DNA of 63,420 bases, filler included, from Collodictyon triciliatum (GCA_043381765.1; 25 parts of 25 records of this genome joined end to end with filler, not necessarily neighbours in it), one strand, 5' to 3'. Shown: positions 22,660-36,620, numbered from the whole stretch's first letter. Numbers and translations: made by a program. Notes: generated from the letters alone by a model not told the origin.

Positions 22660-22918
22660 ATAAATAGCCTGCGAAAGATTCTTGATAGGTGTTCCAAAGA
22701 CACGCTCTGTGACAGGCCCGTAAGATTTGCGGCCAAATGCACCGGAGCTGACAAAGAACTGGGCGTCTCTGGCCGAGCCGAATGCGCGCTTCTGGCCCCC
22801 GCCGTNNNNNNNNNNNNNNNNNNNNNNNNNNNNNNNNNNNNNNNNNNNNTTAATTAATTAANNNNNNNNNNNNNNNNNNNNNNNNNNNNNNNNNNNNNNN
22901 NNNNNGTTTGTGTGTTTG

Positions 22919-22980
<62 letters not shown>

Positions 22981-23349
22981 GAAATTGATATATTCTCATA
23001 TGTATGTCCAATAAATGTTACTTTCTTAAAAATCAAAAAGTACCGTAGTAGCCAGTTGGTTTTGACATTCAGTAAAAATGGGAGCTGAGTGAGATAAAAC
23101 ACTATTCATCGAATTTTGAGTTTCTTTTAAAAAAAAATGGCTGCACCCGCGGAAACGATTACATGAAATGATAACTTTGCAAAACTCTATCAGAGATGGA
23201 TAAATAAGGTGGGCAATTGTCAGCGCAACTGTACCTATTATCAATTCTCATTTCCTATGATTCATGTTCGTTCTGTCAGTAATAATACTATAGCTTTATT
23301 AAAATATAAAAACCCATCATAAGTTCACATATTTTGCTGAAAAAAGCTT

Positions 23350-25032
23350 ACCAAGCTATCCTTTCCTATCCCAAAGTGGTGCGCTGCATCTGAAAGAAGC
23401 TGACCACATGTATAATTTGGAGGGATTTTAAATGACTATTTAAATTAAAATGCTGTTAAAAAGGAAACATGGCCGCCTCAACCAACAACAACAACAAAAA
23501 AAAAAAAAAAACTCAGATTTGATTCAAGTGTACACTGCAGTAAGCTCCGATAATCATAAAATGTGGTTAATTTAAATCAAATCTTAAGATTAACTACACA
23601 ATCAATAGCATTATATGAAACAAATGTTATGTATGGTACATTACTTGATATTGGCCTAGGATGATATGAACTTTTAGGGGCTCATCCGGGCTAAGAGTGG
23701 GCTTTGCTGTAAGTTATGAATATGTTCGTGCATTTTCTTGTTAGAATTTATTTCAATAAATATTGTATGATGCATGAAATCAAATGATTCAAAAACAGCA
23801 CCATATGATCTTCTTGGAATCATCTAAATATCCAGAGTTAAGTATTAAATTTTTAACAATATTAAACTAGAGTTGTTAATATAATTTGACTTACGCGCAG
23901 GTGGCGGAACAGCAGGGGGCTCCTCCTTCTTTGGCTCTGGCGCTTAATTGAGTATTTATTAACATATATCTCTTTCATGGACGCTGTTCAAATATAAATA
24001 CTCCTCATTGTATCGGAGTTTAGTGTAGTGAACAAGAAAAATCATTTGCAATACAATTTTCTGATACAAATTATAAAGTATAAAGTACGTGGCTTTTCTT
24101 TCTCGAGCTGAAGCATCACCACTGTTTTGTCCATGGGAAGCAGATGAAATACATCATCTGGTCGCATTAGAATATAACTATTAATCAATCAATTAGCATC
24201 TGTATATATTTAATCCCTTTTCAAAATTCTCATTTTATTATCATCTAAATACACCTTTCACTTAATTCATGGTAAATGTTTGGTTATTTTATTCTTCATT
24301 TCAATTTTATGATAAATGTTAGGTTTAAAAATGAATTCAAATGCAAAAATTCATTAAATCATGCATGTACAATTTTGGAGGTTTATCTATAAATGAGTTG
24401 ATGTAATATGTGTACCCTTCTTCGTCATAATCGTAAAAACGTATCTTCATTTTTTCGGTGGCGATGCCTTCTTGGTTCAGGAGGGATATTAGATAAGCTC
24501 CTTTGACTTTTGAAGCCTTTTTTTTTTTTTTTTTTGGTAATTAATGAGAATACAATTGAAAAAAATATGGAGCAAGCAAAAAATCTGGCAACTTTTTCAT
24601 TCTATACAAGATTTGATATGAAGAAAAAGGAAGAGACTATGTGATATAAAGTATAGACATGGTAATGAATATCAAGATATGTGTAATTGCCTGGACGACT
24701 GTTTTTAATAGGTTCCATGGATCAGCCTCTTTGTCCTTGAAATAATACTTTAAGACAAGTGTCTTGGGACTCAATTCTGAAAACAAAACAAAACAAAAAA
24801 ACGTCATGAATTATTGATCATCGAGAGAATAGGTTGAAATATCGATAACTTTTTTTATATAATTAAAAAAAAATTCATGGATATTGCATGGGGGAAAAAA
24901 CAGAAAATATTTCAGAGGAGGTTATGTATGTAGGGTTTTGTGTGTATGTTGTGTAAAAGTATACAACCAGGAGCAACACTTGTTTATCACGGTATCCCAA
25001 GCGGAAAGAAATGCCAATTAATTATTACCATC
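23350..25032 (-). CDS. Unknown multi-exon gene fragment
   Basis: Short exon-like segments (LSPKTLVLKYYFKDKEADPWNLLKTVVQ; ASKVKGAYLISLLNQEGIATEKMKIRFYDYDEEG) between AT-rich introns; no family recognised. Confidence 0.35.
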
Positions 25033-25221
25033 TAATGATGTCGACTTAGTTCCAGAGGAGAAGGCCGAGGAAACACTGGTAATAGATGGAAACTTTCCAA
25101 CAGACATTTGTGCTCCGGGCTTTATTGTAGAATGCAGTCGTATTTTTTGACCCGTTTAAGAACGAAACAAAGTGAAAGATTTTTGACGAGCAACAATGAA
25201 AACTGTATCACAAATTGAAAG

Positions 25222-25294
<73 letters not shown>

Positions 25295-26300
25295 CAATCA
25301 AAATTGTATTAAGGGCTACTCAGCCAGGTAGGATCCGTGTGCTAATTTTNNNNNNNNNNNNNNNNNNNNNNNNNNNNNNNNNNNNNNNNNNNNTTAATTA
25401 ATTAANNNNNNNNNNNNNNNNNNNNNNNNNNNNNNNNNNNNNNNNNNNNAACCAAACAACCAAACAAACAAACAAACAAACAAACAAACAAACAAACAAA
25501 CAAACAAACAAACAAACAAACAAACAAACAAACAAACAAACAAACAAACAAACAAGTAACCAAGCTAGATCAATGACACAAAACACAAATCCATCGACTC
25601 CGAAGCCAGTCCTGTCTCCCCTGAGCGATCGCCCTTGGGAAGGCTGCGCCGATCACTAATTTTCCTTGTTTTCTGTCGACACCGCAATGTTCTCCTCCAT
25701 AATAAAAAAAACTGTTTTTTTTTCTCTCTCTCTCTCTCTCTCGTTCTTCTTCACTGATCTCTTTTTGTTTTCATCCTTTGTTTTCGAATTCCCCCGGAGG
25801 AAAACTCCCCTTGGAAATCGAAAAGGATTGGCAAGGGTATATGTAATTTTATCTGTAAGAAAATCCATTGCTGCCAAAAAGCGCGAATATTTCTCTATGG
25901 CGAAATGTATTTCCACATACGAGTGCGATTTAACCTTTTCTGGAACTTATCGGTTCCCTTTCCGTGTGCATGCGTCATGGGATAGCGTCGGACTGGGAAT
26001 GGGAACAGGTTTGGCTTGTGTGCAACCACCACCGCGTTTTATTCTTTGGTGGTTGCCATATAGTATTATATCCTTTTTTTTTCTTTTCACCAGTCTATAG
26101 CCAACATAGTGGTATACTTAAACAGAATCAGGAAAAAAAACTTGCAGTGGACTACTACTTTTTTTCTATTTTTTTTCCTTTTATCGGTTCGCGAGCGAAG
26201 AAAATCTTGGCCTTCTGGCTCGAACGCCGACAAAAGATAAGGGAAAGATAAAAAAAAAAAAAAATTAACAAGAGAAATGGAATAAAACCGGGAACGGGTA

Positions 26301-27832
26301 TTAGTCAACTTTGATGTTGTGGTAAATTCTTGTAATGAAAATAAAAGTGCCGATGTAACCTATCGTCCCTGTATTCACATTAATAGGTTGCTTTTATTAA
26401 AGTAAATCCAATAAATAAATGAATTATGCGATACATTATCACCAAGAGAAAAAAATTGCGGATATTAATACCGAAATTGTATCATCTACGTGGGTACATG
26501 AATACTATATAATGAATATATGAACGAGTGAAAAAAAAGGGGAAGAGGCTTTTTTTTTCTTGTCATACATACCACAAAGCAAAGCCAGACCAAAGCAGAA
26601 AATGCTGGAATAACCAAAATAGAAGACCGTCTGAAACAGGCCTGTCATCTTTGTCTTTGTGAAAAAGTAATACACTGCATACAGAAAGACATAGAGGGAT
26701 GTGGACGCTGCCGAGAGGTAGCTCACCCACGGCCACCGATAATCCTCAGAATTCAAGAGGAAGTACGTGCTGACTATCGTGATACAGACTGTCACAATAA
26801 TCAGGATAATGTAGACAAGCAGCATGAACCCGTACACATAGTAAAACTTGTAGCTCCAGAAGGATGTGAACATAAAATGCATCTCGATAAAGATAGACCC
26901 GAACGGCAGAACCCCACCAGCAAGAATGATGACCAGTGGATTCAAGTACCTGGAATACACGCAAGTATGGCATGCAAAAAAAAAACCCCCTTAGTCTTTA
27001 GATTTCCTCAACATATATGAATACATTAATGGAATGGAATGATTCGAATGCTTGCATTTCTACCAAGGCTTGTCGGCTATAGGGCGGGGCATTTGATTGA
27101 CGCGGCAGGGAAAGTTTGCTTGCCCAGAAAGATTGCGTCCTATGATGGTTCCTCCCACAGTGAGAGGGAACGCAGCTATCGCCCATATCATGAATATAGC
27201 CACCTAGTAAATAGTTCGCTTAAATTGTGTTCATTTAACTTATTAAGCTTCTTGTCAAAGATCGCAAATGAATATTTAGCTCGTCTGTATTGTCAAATGA
27301 CATATTTATCATTCATATGTTTCATACGCTTCCAAGTTTCTTTTCTAATCTCTTATCATGCTGGGTGTTATGTATTATATTTGTTTGGTTGCTTTTTCTT
27401 TTAAAATTATTATATTTCAAGAATGATGAAAACCATTGTTCCAAAGGGAATTGTGGCAAGCGATTTATAGGAGGAGGCGACTGAGTTTAGGACTATTCCA
27501 ACAATCAGGCAAAAGCCTGGGAAGATGGAGGCTGTCAACACTATATTTTTCACCCACTCTTTACCTGCAGTAGGAAAATTTTACAAAACAATACTTTAAT
27601 TAAATGAGGTTAGTTTTTTCCACTTCTGTGTGGATTCAAAGTAAACGAGGTTATGTAGAAAGTACGATGCTTGTCAGCGTAAGGAGATAGTATAACTTAT
27701 ATTCTCATAATGATAAAGCCAGAGCAGCATCAATAACCTTGGTGTTGCATGAAGTGTGAGCCGCTTTTATACCCTCCAATAAAAGATGTCAGCGCATAGC
27801 ACACAATAAATGTTGTCGTAATGGACCCACGC
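26301..27832 (-). CDS. Transmembrane 9 superfamily (nonaspanin/EMP70), TM9SF3-like, C-terminal part
   Basis: [57 protein letters not shown], final exon [26 protein letters not shown]. Confidence 0.95.
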
Positions 27833-28129
27833 CTAAAAAAAAAAAAAAAAAGAAGAAAGAAAGAAAGAAAAAAAGAAAAAAAGAAAAAAAAAANNNNNNN
27901 NNNNNNNNNNNNNNNNNNNNNNNNNNNNNNNNNNNNNTTAATTAATTAANNNNNNNNNNNNNNNNNNNNNNNNNNNNNNNNNNNNNNNNNNNNTCATTAT
28001 CATTATCATTATCATTATCATTATCATTATCATTATCATTATCATTATCATTATCATTATCATTATCATTATCATTATCATTATCATTATCATTATCATT
28101 ATCATTATCATTATTCTTGCTTATAAGAA

Positions 28130-30015
28130 GCGGTAAACTGCAGAGGATTTATCATGAGTCTCGTACCTTCATGAATCTTGTGTTAAATGATCTTTTATGC
28201 ATTTTTTCTCTCTATTAACGCAGATGTTCGACTCTGATATGCTCCAAAGCGGGTTAGCATCCTTTTCTCCTGACGTTCAAATTGCAGCTATAAACTCTCT
28301 CTTGCGCAAAGTAAGTTTTCTTCGGAATACATCAAATCACGTACCGATTTCCCATATTTAACGCAAACACATATCTCCATCCATACTATTCTTCCTAAAC
28401 CAGACTCGCTTTTAATGCTTTATAAGCCTGCAACGAAAAATATTTGCGCCATGTCCTCATTTATGAGTTTTCTAAAGACCTGTGACGAATAGGGAAAACT
28501 GTCTATTTTTGAATCGAATGGTTCTTACTCATACAAGTTGCGCACCGAAGAAGAGGCAGTTGGGTTAGTATCTCATCATAGAAAATCATAAATAATAGAA
28601 AATAATCACTTTTTTTCTCGAACTGTAATATGAGCATATTCAGTGGAATTTTTATTTATTTATTTTAATACTGTCGCTTTCCAATCCCAGCTTCTTGGGA
28701 CTGAACCCTGAAGAAATGCTCATCTATCAATTAATATCGGCCTCAGGAAACATGGGTATTTACTTATAATCTCTATATCTTCTGTATCTATATATTTACT
28801 ACTCACGAATATATCCCGACCTGAATCCTCAAGTATTACTTGAAAAATATCACGTCTGATGCACCTCCTTCGGAGTGAAAGCATTACAATCTTGTGCACA
28901 TCTATGAGTTCATAACCATTTTTCCTTTTGATCTCTGATTTTTTCTTTCCTTTTTCCCTTTTCCCTATTCCCTTTTTTTCTCTCCTCTTTTAATAACGAC
29001 ACTACCCTAATACAACGGACACACGCATCGAACTCAATAAGGTCTATGGACTAAGGACATGCGTATAAAAAGCAATCTCCAGCAGCAGCAAATCGCAAAG
29101 ATTCTAAAGAACCTAGAAAACCGCAAGTTGGTCAAGAGTGTAAAGTCCATCTCCGGAAAGAACAAGAAGGTTTACATGCTTGCAAACATCGAGCCATCTC
29201 GAGAGGTGACGGGAGGCGCGTGGTACAACGACCAGGAATTCGACCGAGAGTTTGCAAACATCCTCTATGAGCAGTGCCTGCAATACATCCAAACGCAGAC
29301 GCAAGCATCCACCGCAGACATATGCAACTATGTTAAATCCAGTGGGGTTTTCAAAATCGAGGTTACATTGGAAGACATTCAGTCCATGATTGACACACTT
29401 GTATATGATGGTGTGGTTGTTCAAACCGTGGATTACTCGTCATCCTCTTTTCTGGTGAGCTTTTTCTTTCCCCAGCTTTTTTTTTTAAATTTACAAAAGA
29501 TGATAATTATCGTCCTTTCTTCTGCCTTCTACGATTATTTTTTTTTCATAATTAACCAATTCATATACACATGGGTGCCCACAAAAACATATTCACACTT
29601 CAGGGTGGGAAGACGGTATATAAAGTGGCCAAGGAAATCAGTGCCCGAAATCCATATACCGAAATGCCGTGTGGAGTATGCCCGGTACTTTTAGTCACAT
29701 TCTCAAACATTTTTCTCCCCTTTATTCGATTCAAAGTGATATTCTCAAACATATTTCATCAGATGCGATATAATTGTTCTTGTTCCTTTCCCTATTTGCT
29801 TGTTTGTTCATATCTTTATGTTTTCAAATCGAACGCTGCCCTTTGATATGTGGTATGCAGCCGCTATTTATTGTTACAGACTTCTCATTACCTACAACTT
29901 TTTTTCTTTCGTGCTCCTTAAAATCAAATGATGCAAGGTTTTCAGTCAATGTACCGAGGGAGGCACGATATCACCATCCACATGCGAGTATTACAAACAA
30001 TGGCTTGATTTTTGA
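28130..30015 (+). CDS. POLR3F: RNA polymerase III subunit RPC6/C34, multi-exon, 5'-partial
   Basis: GLWTKDMRIKSNLQQQQIAKILKNLENRKLVKSVKS...EPSREVTGGAWY. C-terminal Fe-S motif PCGVCP/VFSQC...ISPSTCEYYKQWLDF-stop. Confidence 0.93.
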
Positions 30016-30606
30016 AAGAAGCACACATAATGAAGTCATAAATAAATTCTCAATAATATGGTTAAATGAAGTGCAGTTGAATGAACAATCTACAGAGTAA
30101 AAATTAGATAGGATTGCTTTCTTTATTCCCAATCATCTAAGAACGTATTTACTGCAACATTATTTGAAAGAACCCTTTTCATCATTTTTTCTCGTATGTT
30201 CGCATCACAAGATTCAACGGACACCTTTTTCAATGCCATGAACGGTATTGGATAATCATATTGAAAACAATTCTGTATTGGCTTTGGTACATATAAATAG
30301 TAATTTACGAAGTAAAGAAATGAGTATAACAAGACCCAAAAAGAAAAAGGAAAAAAGGAAAAAAGGAAAAAAGGAAAAAAGGAAAAAAGGAAAAAAGGAA
30401 AAAAGGAAAAAAGGAAAAAAGGAAAAAAGGAAAAAANNNNNNNNNNNNNNNNNNNNNNNNNNNNNNNNNNNNNNNNNNNNTTAATTAATTAANNNNNNNN
30501 NNNNNNNNNNNNNNNNNNNNNNNNNNNNNNNNNNNNAAGAAAAAAAGAGAAAAGAGAAAAGAGAAAAGAGAGAAAAATATAAAGAGAAAGAGAAAAATAA
30601 TTTACC

Positions 30607-32770
30607 AGAGAACCACATTACGACTTGGTAATTAAATTCTATGGGGACTGTCCTGAATAGATTTAGCAAAAAGCTCAGGGGAAACACGTTCAGTGCCCGC
30701 CCAATAAAAATGAGCACCTAGTTAATATTCAAATTGTGGGCTTATTGTAAGATAAATTTTTATTATAATAATAATATTCCTCCATGCCACTTAATCAAGT
30801 ATATGAATAATATATAAATATAAAAGAGACATCTCACCATTGATGCTGCTATGAGAGATATGATAAATTTGTGTTTAAATGAATATATAGCTATGCCCAA
30901 ATATGCAAACATCAGGGTCTCAGCCATGAACGCCAGCATCTGGAAAACTTGCTAATGATGGATAATCGATACTCATTTCCAAGACAGTGTCAACCCAACT
31001 TTTTTAATTGGAATCATTAAGATTTTCAATATATATTCTGTGGTTATGGTTTCATTATTATTATTATTTGTAAATTTTGGAGAGATGGAGGAAAAACAAC
31101 CTTAGTAGCGATTAATGTTGTTGGAGACAAATTGTAATTCATATAGTGTGAGTTTGCTATTCCACAAAAGAATATTGCAAACAAACCAGACAGTCCAAGG
31201 CCTTCACAAATCAAATACGGAGTGTAAGAGAAAATGAACACCTAGATTTATAGGATTATGAAGTTCAGTATATGTGACTTTTTATATTAGATACACAGCG
31301 ACCATAGCTGGATTCAAAAAGTTGCGATATATATATATATAAAATATCAAAAGCCTAAGAATAACATAATAAAAAAAACGTATATTCAAGGGAATATTAT
31401 TAAAATAACGATATTAATAAGAAACTTACCAAAGACATTTCCAAAGTGGGATATGAACGAAAGTGAAAGTGTTTAAAAAGCTATTATTTTAATATCGTGA
31501 ATAATATGTCATAGGTGTATCATATTTTCTGAAATATGAAATATATTTTGAAATGTGTGTTGTTGTGAAAGAAAGAAAAAAACCAATGCAGCCATAGCGG
31601 AGAGAGTGAATCCTATTAATATTGAGAGAGCAGATACACATACAAACTGCACCGACATTTTCAGAATAATACCGAAGGTAAATACCCTGTGAGCTTGCTT
31701 GATTTCCACACATGTTCTACTCATTCAAATAATTTTTTTTGGGTGAATCGTTGAGATAGTTATTAAAATTGTTTTAATGTGATTCATGAATCAAGAAAAC
31801 CTGTATAGTGCGATGGAAACCACATCGTTCAAAACACTTTCACCAAAAACCAAATAGTGAAGTAAAGGGTCAACCTTTTGTGTGTTTGTTACTATGATCA
31901 GAAGAGTTCTTCCATGTATTTTTCAATTATGGAATATCAAGAAACGATTTAAATAAATTATATATTTGAAATTGATGAATAATACTTTTAGGGTTTGAAA
32001 AATCGCGAGAGTCGCAACTGGGTCGATAGCTGATATTAATGCAGCAAACGAGAACGAGTCCATGACACCAATATTGTAAATAATATTCTGTTTTTTTGTT
32101 TTGTTTTGTTTTTTTAAAAAAAACAATTAATATCATATAGAAAACATTCATATTTAAAATCGGATACGGCAAAGAGATGATAAATTTTAAGTTTTGAACC
32201 CAACCTCCTCAACCAATGATATAAAATGTTGGGAGATAGAGATAACATAGTAATCATAGAATTTCATTGAGAGTTTCATCAAGAGTTTCTTACCATCTCG
32301 CCGAGAATGAAAAGACCTAGCCCAACGACAATTGTAGAAATAAGTGTTCCAATGATAGAAAAAGTCATTATGCTTCCAAGGTTTTTAAAGAATACATCCT
32401 GAAAAAATGCAATGTATTATTGATTAAGCTCTTTAGATATATATTTGAGGGTACCCTCACATTTTAACACATACTATATTAATCAGTTTACTCTTTTTTA
32501 AAATTGAATTTGAATACTCTCATAAGTATAATAATTTTTGTTTCTGTTTATAAAAAAGATTTTCCCGTTTATTTTATTTTTCTTTGATTTTTAAACTTTC
32601 ATTTGATTATGGAATAAATAATGTGTGAAAAGCTGGGAAACAAGGGGAAACCTTATTTAATGAATGTCCTGATTCAAATATGATTGCGGGAAGGAGATAT
32701 AGAAAGAAATTGTCGGGATCGAAATTGAAAAGCTCCGTGAATCTTGTGTCCAGCGACTCTAGAATTCCTT
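30607..32770 (-). CDS. Na+/H+ exchanger (CPA1; NHE8/NHX-like), internal exons
   Basis: FDPDNFFLYLLPAIIFESG, FAALISAIDPVATLAIF, LVFGESVLNDVVSIAL, GLSGLFAIFFCGI, AFMAETLMFAYLG, WFSG. Confidence 0.93.
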
Positions 32771-33566
32771 TGAAAACAATGGGACATTATAGAGATGTCA
32801 TTGGGTAACTTTTGCAAGAGGGGACATGCATATATTTAACTCCCATGATATCACTCACTCATACATACATACATACATACATACATACATACATACATAC
32901 ATACATACATACATACATACATACATACATACATACATACATACATACATACATAACATACATAACATACATAACATACATANNNNNNNNNNNNNNNNNN
33001 NNNNNNNNNNNNNNNNNNNNNNNNNNTTAATTAATTAANNNNNNNNNNNNNNNNNNNNNNNNNNNNNNNNNNNNNNNNNNNNAAAAAAAAACAATAAAAA
33101 ACAATAAAAAACAATAAAAAACAATAAAAAACAATAAAAAACAATAAAAAACAATAAAAAACAATAAAAAACAATAAAAAAAACAATAAAAAACAATAAA
33201 ACAAAAAAAACAAAAAAAAACAAAAAAAAAAACAAAAAAAACAGAAAAACAGGACGTGCACGTGAACCAAGGCTATTTGTATAATACGATATGAACAACA
33301 TTATTGTAACAAAAAAGAAAAGAGTTAACCACTTTAAAATCACTGCGGAAACATGGAAGGAGAGGATTTTTCAAATAATACTGAAATATGAAGAGCACTT
33401 TTTTTAACTGAAAAAAAAGCAACCCCACAGAATCATATGATTTTTTTTATCTTAGAGTCATTTTTAGCAGCACAGTGACTGTGAAGAAGAGATTATGAAT
33501 ATATTATTTTGTAATGTCTTTAAATCCGAACACACACAAACTGCAGGTGATAAAAAGCCGGCTAGG

Positions 33567-35201
33567 ATGAGGAAGAGGGTTATTTTTCTGTTCCTGCTGT
33601 TACTCTCAGTGTTGGTTGTGCCGATCATCTATGTAATCTTGAGCTTGGAATGGAACGAAGGCAAGGACTACATAATAGACGAAGATCTGTTCCATGCAAA
33701 CAATTTTCAATACAATAGAGTGGCGGCATGGTCGAAAGAGAAGTTTGAGGCTGTCTGGAAGAGAGACAACCTCCATACGTGCGTCGAAATGTGTAGCAAA
33801 AACAAAAAGTCTCAACCTGTGAAATTCCGTATAGAAGGCAACTATATATGTTTGCCGATCTACCCTTGCACTTACAGTCGCTTGCGCAGCCATTCGGACA
33901 AGTACAAGACATTGGCTGCCGTAAGCTTTTCCTCATGCGAAGACAATAACACCATCACTTGCCCCAGAAAGTCAATCAATGAGTGTTCCGGATTCTCTTG
34001 GATAAACAAGAAGGTAACGCTCCACTTACCATGGAAGGTGAAAGAAAAAGATGTTCTTGAGTTGACAGTACGCCATCCAGAATCATTCAAAGTGAAATCT
34101 GTCCTCGTTTCTCACATTCCAAATCACCTTCTGGTCGTTTCATTCCACCTTCCCAATTTTCTTAACGAAGAAGGATGTAATGCTCTTTATTGTTTATACT
34201 CAAATGAAGAAAGAAACGTTTTTGAGTGGAAGCAAGCGAGAATAGGAGACGCTAGCTTCGCATATTGCCCAAAGCCCAGCTTCAAACATCCCAAGAGCCT
34301 GTTCATCCAGCTGGCATATTCTCCAGATATAATCACGTTGCCAACTCCATTGAGAATAGAGCCTCCTGTCACCGAAATTCCACGTGTAAACCTAACAATA
34401 TGCGCTATTGTAAGAAAAGAAGGGTTAAATCTAATAGAATGGATTGAATACCACAAGTTAGTAGGCTATGGGAGAATAATATTGTATGATAATAATCCAG
34501 AAAACGAACCGGACAAAGATATGGAAAATATTGCAAAGCATTACAAGGGAGAGGTCGTAAAACACCGTTGGAAACAATTGCATTCTCAGACAGAGGCCTA
34601 TTCTGATTGTATCAACAGGTACGGTAAAACGACAAAATGGCTCAGTTTGATTGATGCTGATGAATTTATTGTACCCCATCCAGACTACATGAACGTTATG
34701 TCCGCTCTAGATGCGGAGCAGAATGGAGAAGATTATGTCCACATAAACTGGTTGACCTTTGGACCGTGCGGGAAAGAAAAAAGAACCCATGGTGACCTAA
34801 TCATGGAAATATGTAACACAGTAACAAAACCTTCCTCCGATTATCCAAAATCAACAATCATCGCCGACAACGCTGCGGGAATGCAAAATTATGGTCCTCA
34901 CTTTGTTCGCATGAAGAGAGATATCGGGAATCGCATCATCAGCACAGCATCAGAATCAAAACTGCTGCGAAACTACCATTATCGCTACAGAACATACCCA
35001 GAATTTACGGAGCGCCGAAAAGGAGCAAGAGCCGACCGAGCCCAGGAATACTCTATGGAAGAATTGAACAAGCAATGGTTTGAGGGTATTGAGTATAGCA
35101 CAGACCTGGCCTCAAACGATAATTGGATATTATTCTATGCGCCACAAGTGAAAACGAACACCTTGACGGTTTATAAGTCCCTGGCACCTTCCTCTTCCTG
35201 A
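33567..35201 (+). CDS. Type II membrane glycosyltransferase, GT92/DUF23 (GT-A)-like, intronless
   Basis: N-terminal MRKR plus hydrophobic anchor; LTICAIVRKEGLNLIEWIEYHKLVGYGRIILYDN; DCINRY...WLSLIDADEFI; NYHYRYR. Confidence 0.85.
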   Translation: MRKRVIFLFLLLLSVLVVPIIYVILSLEWNEGKDYIIDEDLFHANNFQYNRVAAWSKEKFEAVWKRDNLHTCVEMCSKNKKSQPVKFRIEGNYICLPIYPCTYSRLRSHSDKYKTLAAVSFSSCEDNNTITCPRKSINECSGFSWINKKVTLHLPWKVKEKDVLELTVRHPESFKVKSVLVSHIPNHLLVVSFHLPNFLNEEGCNALYCLYSNEERNVFEWKQARIGDASFAYCPKPSFKHPKSLFIQLAYSPDIITLPTPLRIEPPVTEIPRVNLTICAIVRKEGLNLIEWIEYHKLVGYGRIILYDNNPENEPDKDMENIAKHYKGEVVKHRWKQLHSQTEAYSDCINRYGKTTKWLSLIDADEFIVPHPDYMNVMSALDAEQNGEDYVHINWLTFGPCGKEKRTHGDLIMEICNTVTKPSSDYPKSTIIADNAAGMQNYGPHFVRMKRDIGNRIISTASESKLLRNYHYRYRTYPEFTERRKGARADRAQEYSMEELNKQWFEGIEYSTDLASNDNWILFYAPQVKTNTLTVYKSLAPSSS

Positions 35202-35623
35202 CACATCTAGTCGGGCAAGGACAGTCCCTCTCATTACTCCCAAACCAGCGGCAAAAGTTAATGTCCAAAAAAAAAATAATAACTAAATGCAAAAAAAAAA
35301 AAATAATAATTTTTTTTCCAGAGAAAAAGAATAAAATTCGTCACATTACGGTCAAAGCTTTCTAATATGGATAAATAATAAAATAAATAAATTCTTTTTG
35401 AGCATAAAACTCTAAAAAAAAAAATAGATTTACTAATTGCGACGCACAAAAAACCTACCAGAACCATGAACAAAAACAAAACAGATAGCTATTACCTGCC
35501 AAGAGAAGCCAGAAGATGAGTAGNNNNNNNNNNNNNNNNNNNNNNNNNNNNNNNNNNNNNNNNNNNNTTAATTAATTAANNNNNNNNNNNNNNNNNNNNN
35601 NNNNNNNNNNNNNNNNNNNNNNN

Positions 35624-35709
<86 letters not shown>

Positions 35710-35737
35710 AATATAAAATCTGAACTGCACTGCCCAG

Positions 35738-36620
35738 GTTTTGGACAGCATGCTCATCGGTGTATACGGGTCGGAACACTGGAATCAAACAATTCTGGGC
35801 TCTCGGAACCAGGAAAAAGAACCGAACGGGGAACTTTTACCCACGCAGTCAGGTTCTGTCCCATCGCCATCCTCGTCATCACAGAGGAAAACATCTGCAG
35901 GAATCATTAATGGGGCAAATGCCAGCACCAGTCGGCAGGCTGGGATAGTGAGGCCTTTACTTCTATTCATCATTATATTCGTTTTTATGCCTTTTCTTTT
36001 TTTTTTATTAATTTTTTTCCATTAACTTATCTACATCTGGCCAGAGCTGGGTCCCAAAGCTTCTATTGAAACCATTCATGAGGTCTCGCACAACCACAGA
36101 GAATGGGGATGGAGAACCATCTACAGAAGGTAATGTTCCATAAGCGTTTTCCCTTGCTCTTTTTTCCTCTTTTTTCCTCTTTTTTCCTCTTTTTTCCTCT
36201 TTTTTCCTCTTTTTTCCTCTTTTTTCCTCTTTCATATCAATTGCATATTACAATTCGATTTTATATTAACAATAACCAAACATAACCATGCAAAAGACTC
36301 GTCCGCGCCATCTTCTCCAAAGTCGGGGTCATCTCGCTCCACCCGAGGCAAGGGAAAGACAAAGTGAGTTTACGAGCCTTGAACCCCTTTTCTATAGAAT
36401 CAGCCACTTTTCAAAATAATATTATTGCCCCGATGGACATAAGGATTGCAATTACGAAAGCGAGAGTAGAAGACAAGGATACTAAAAATGCAACGTTTTC
36501 CCTTCATACCATATGATATCTAATCACAAGCAATACACATCTCTGCCTTTCACAGGAATTCAGCATCTGAGTCAGAATCAACTGGCCAATAGTCTGAAAC
36601 GAAAGGCACACGCTTTGAGG
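35738..36620 (+). CDS. C-terminal exons of an unknown Ser-rich protein
   Basis: Several short GT-AG-bounded Ser/Gly/Thr-rich segments; no family recognised. Confidence 0.35.

Noticed and set aside
17819..22805. Apparent adjacency of satellite and viral contigs (also 1-4990), suggesting a virus-repeat system
   Set aside because: They are separated by artificial linkers and the contigs appear grouped only by similar length, so there is no evidence of physical linkage.
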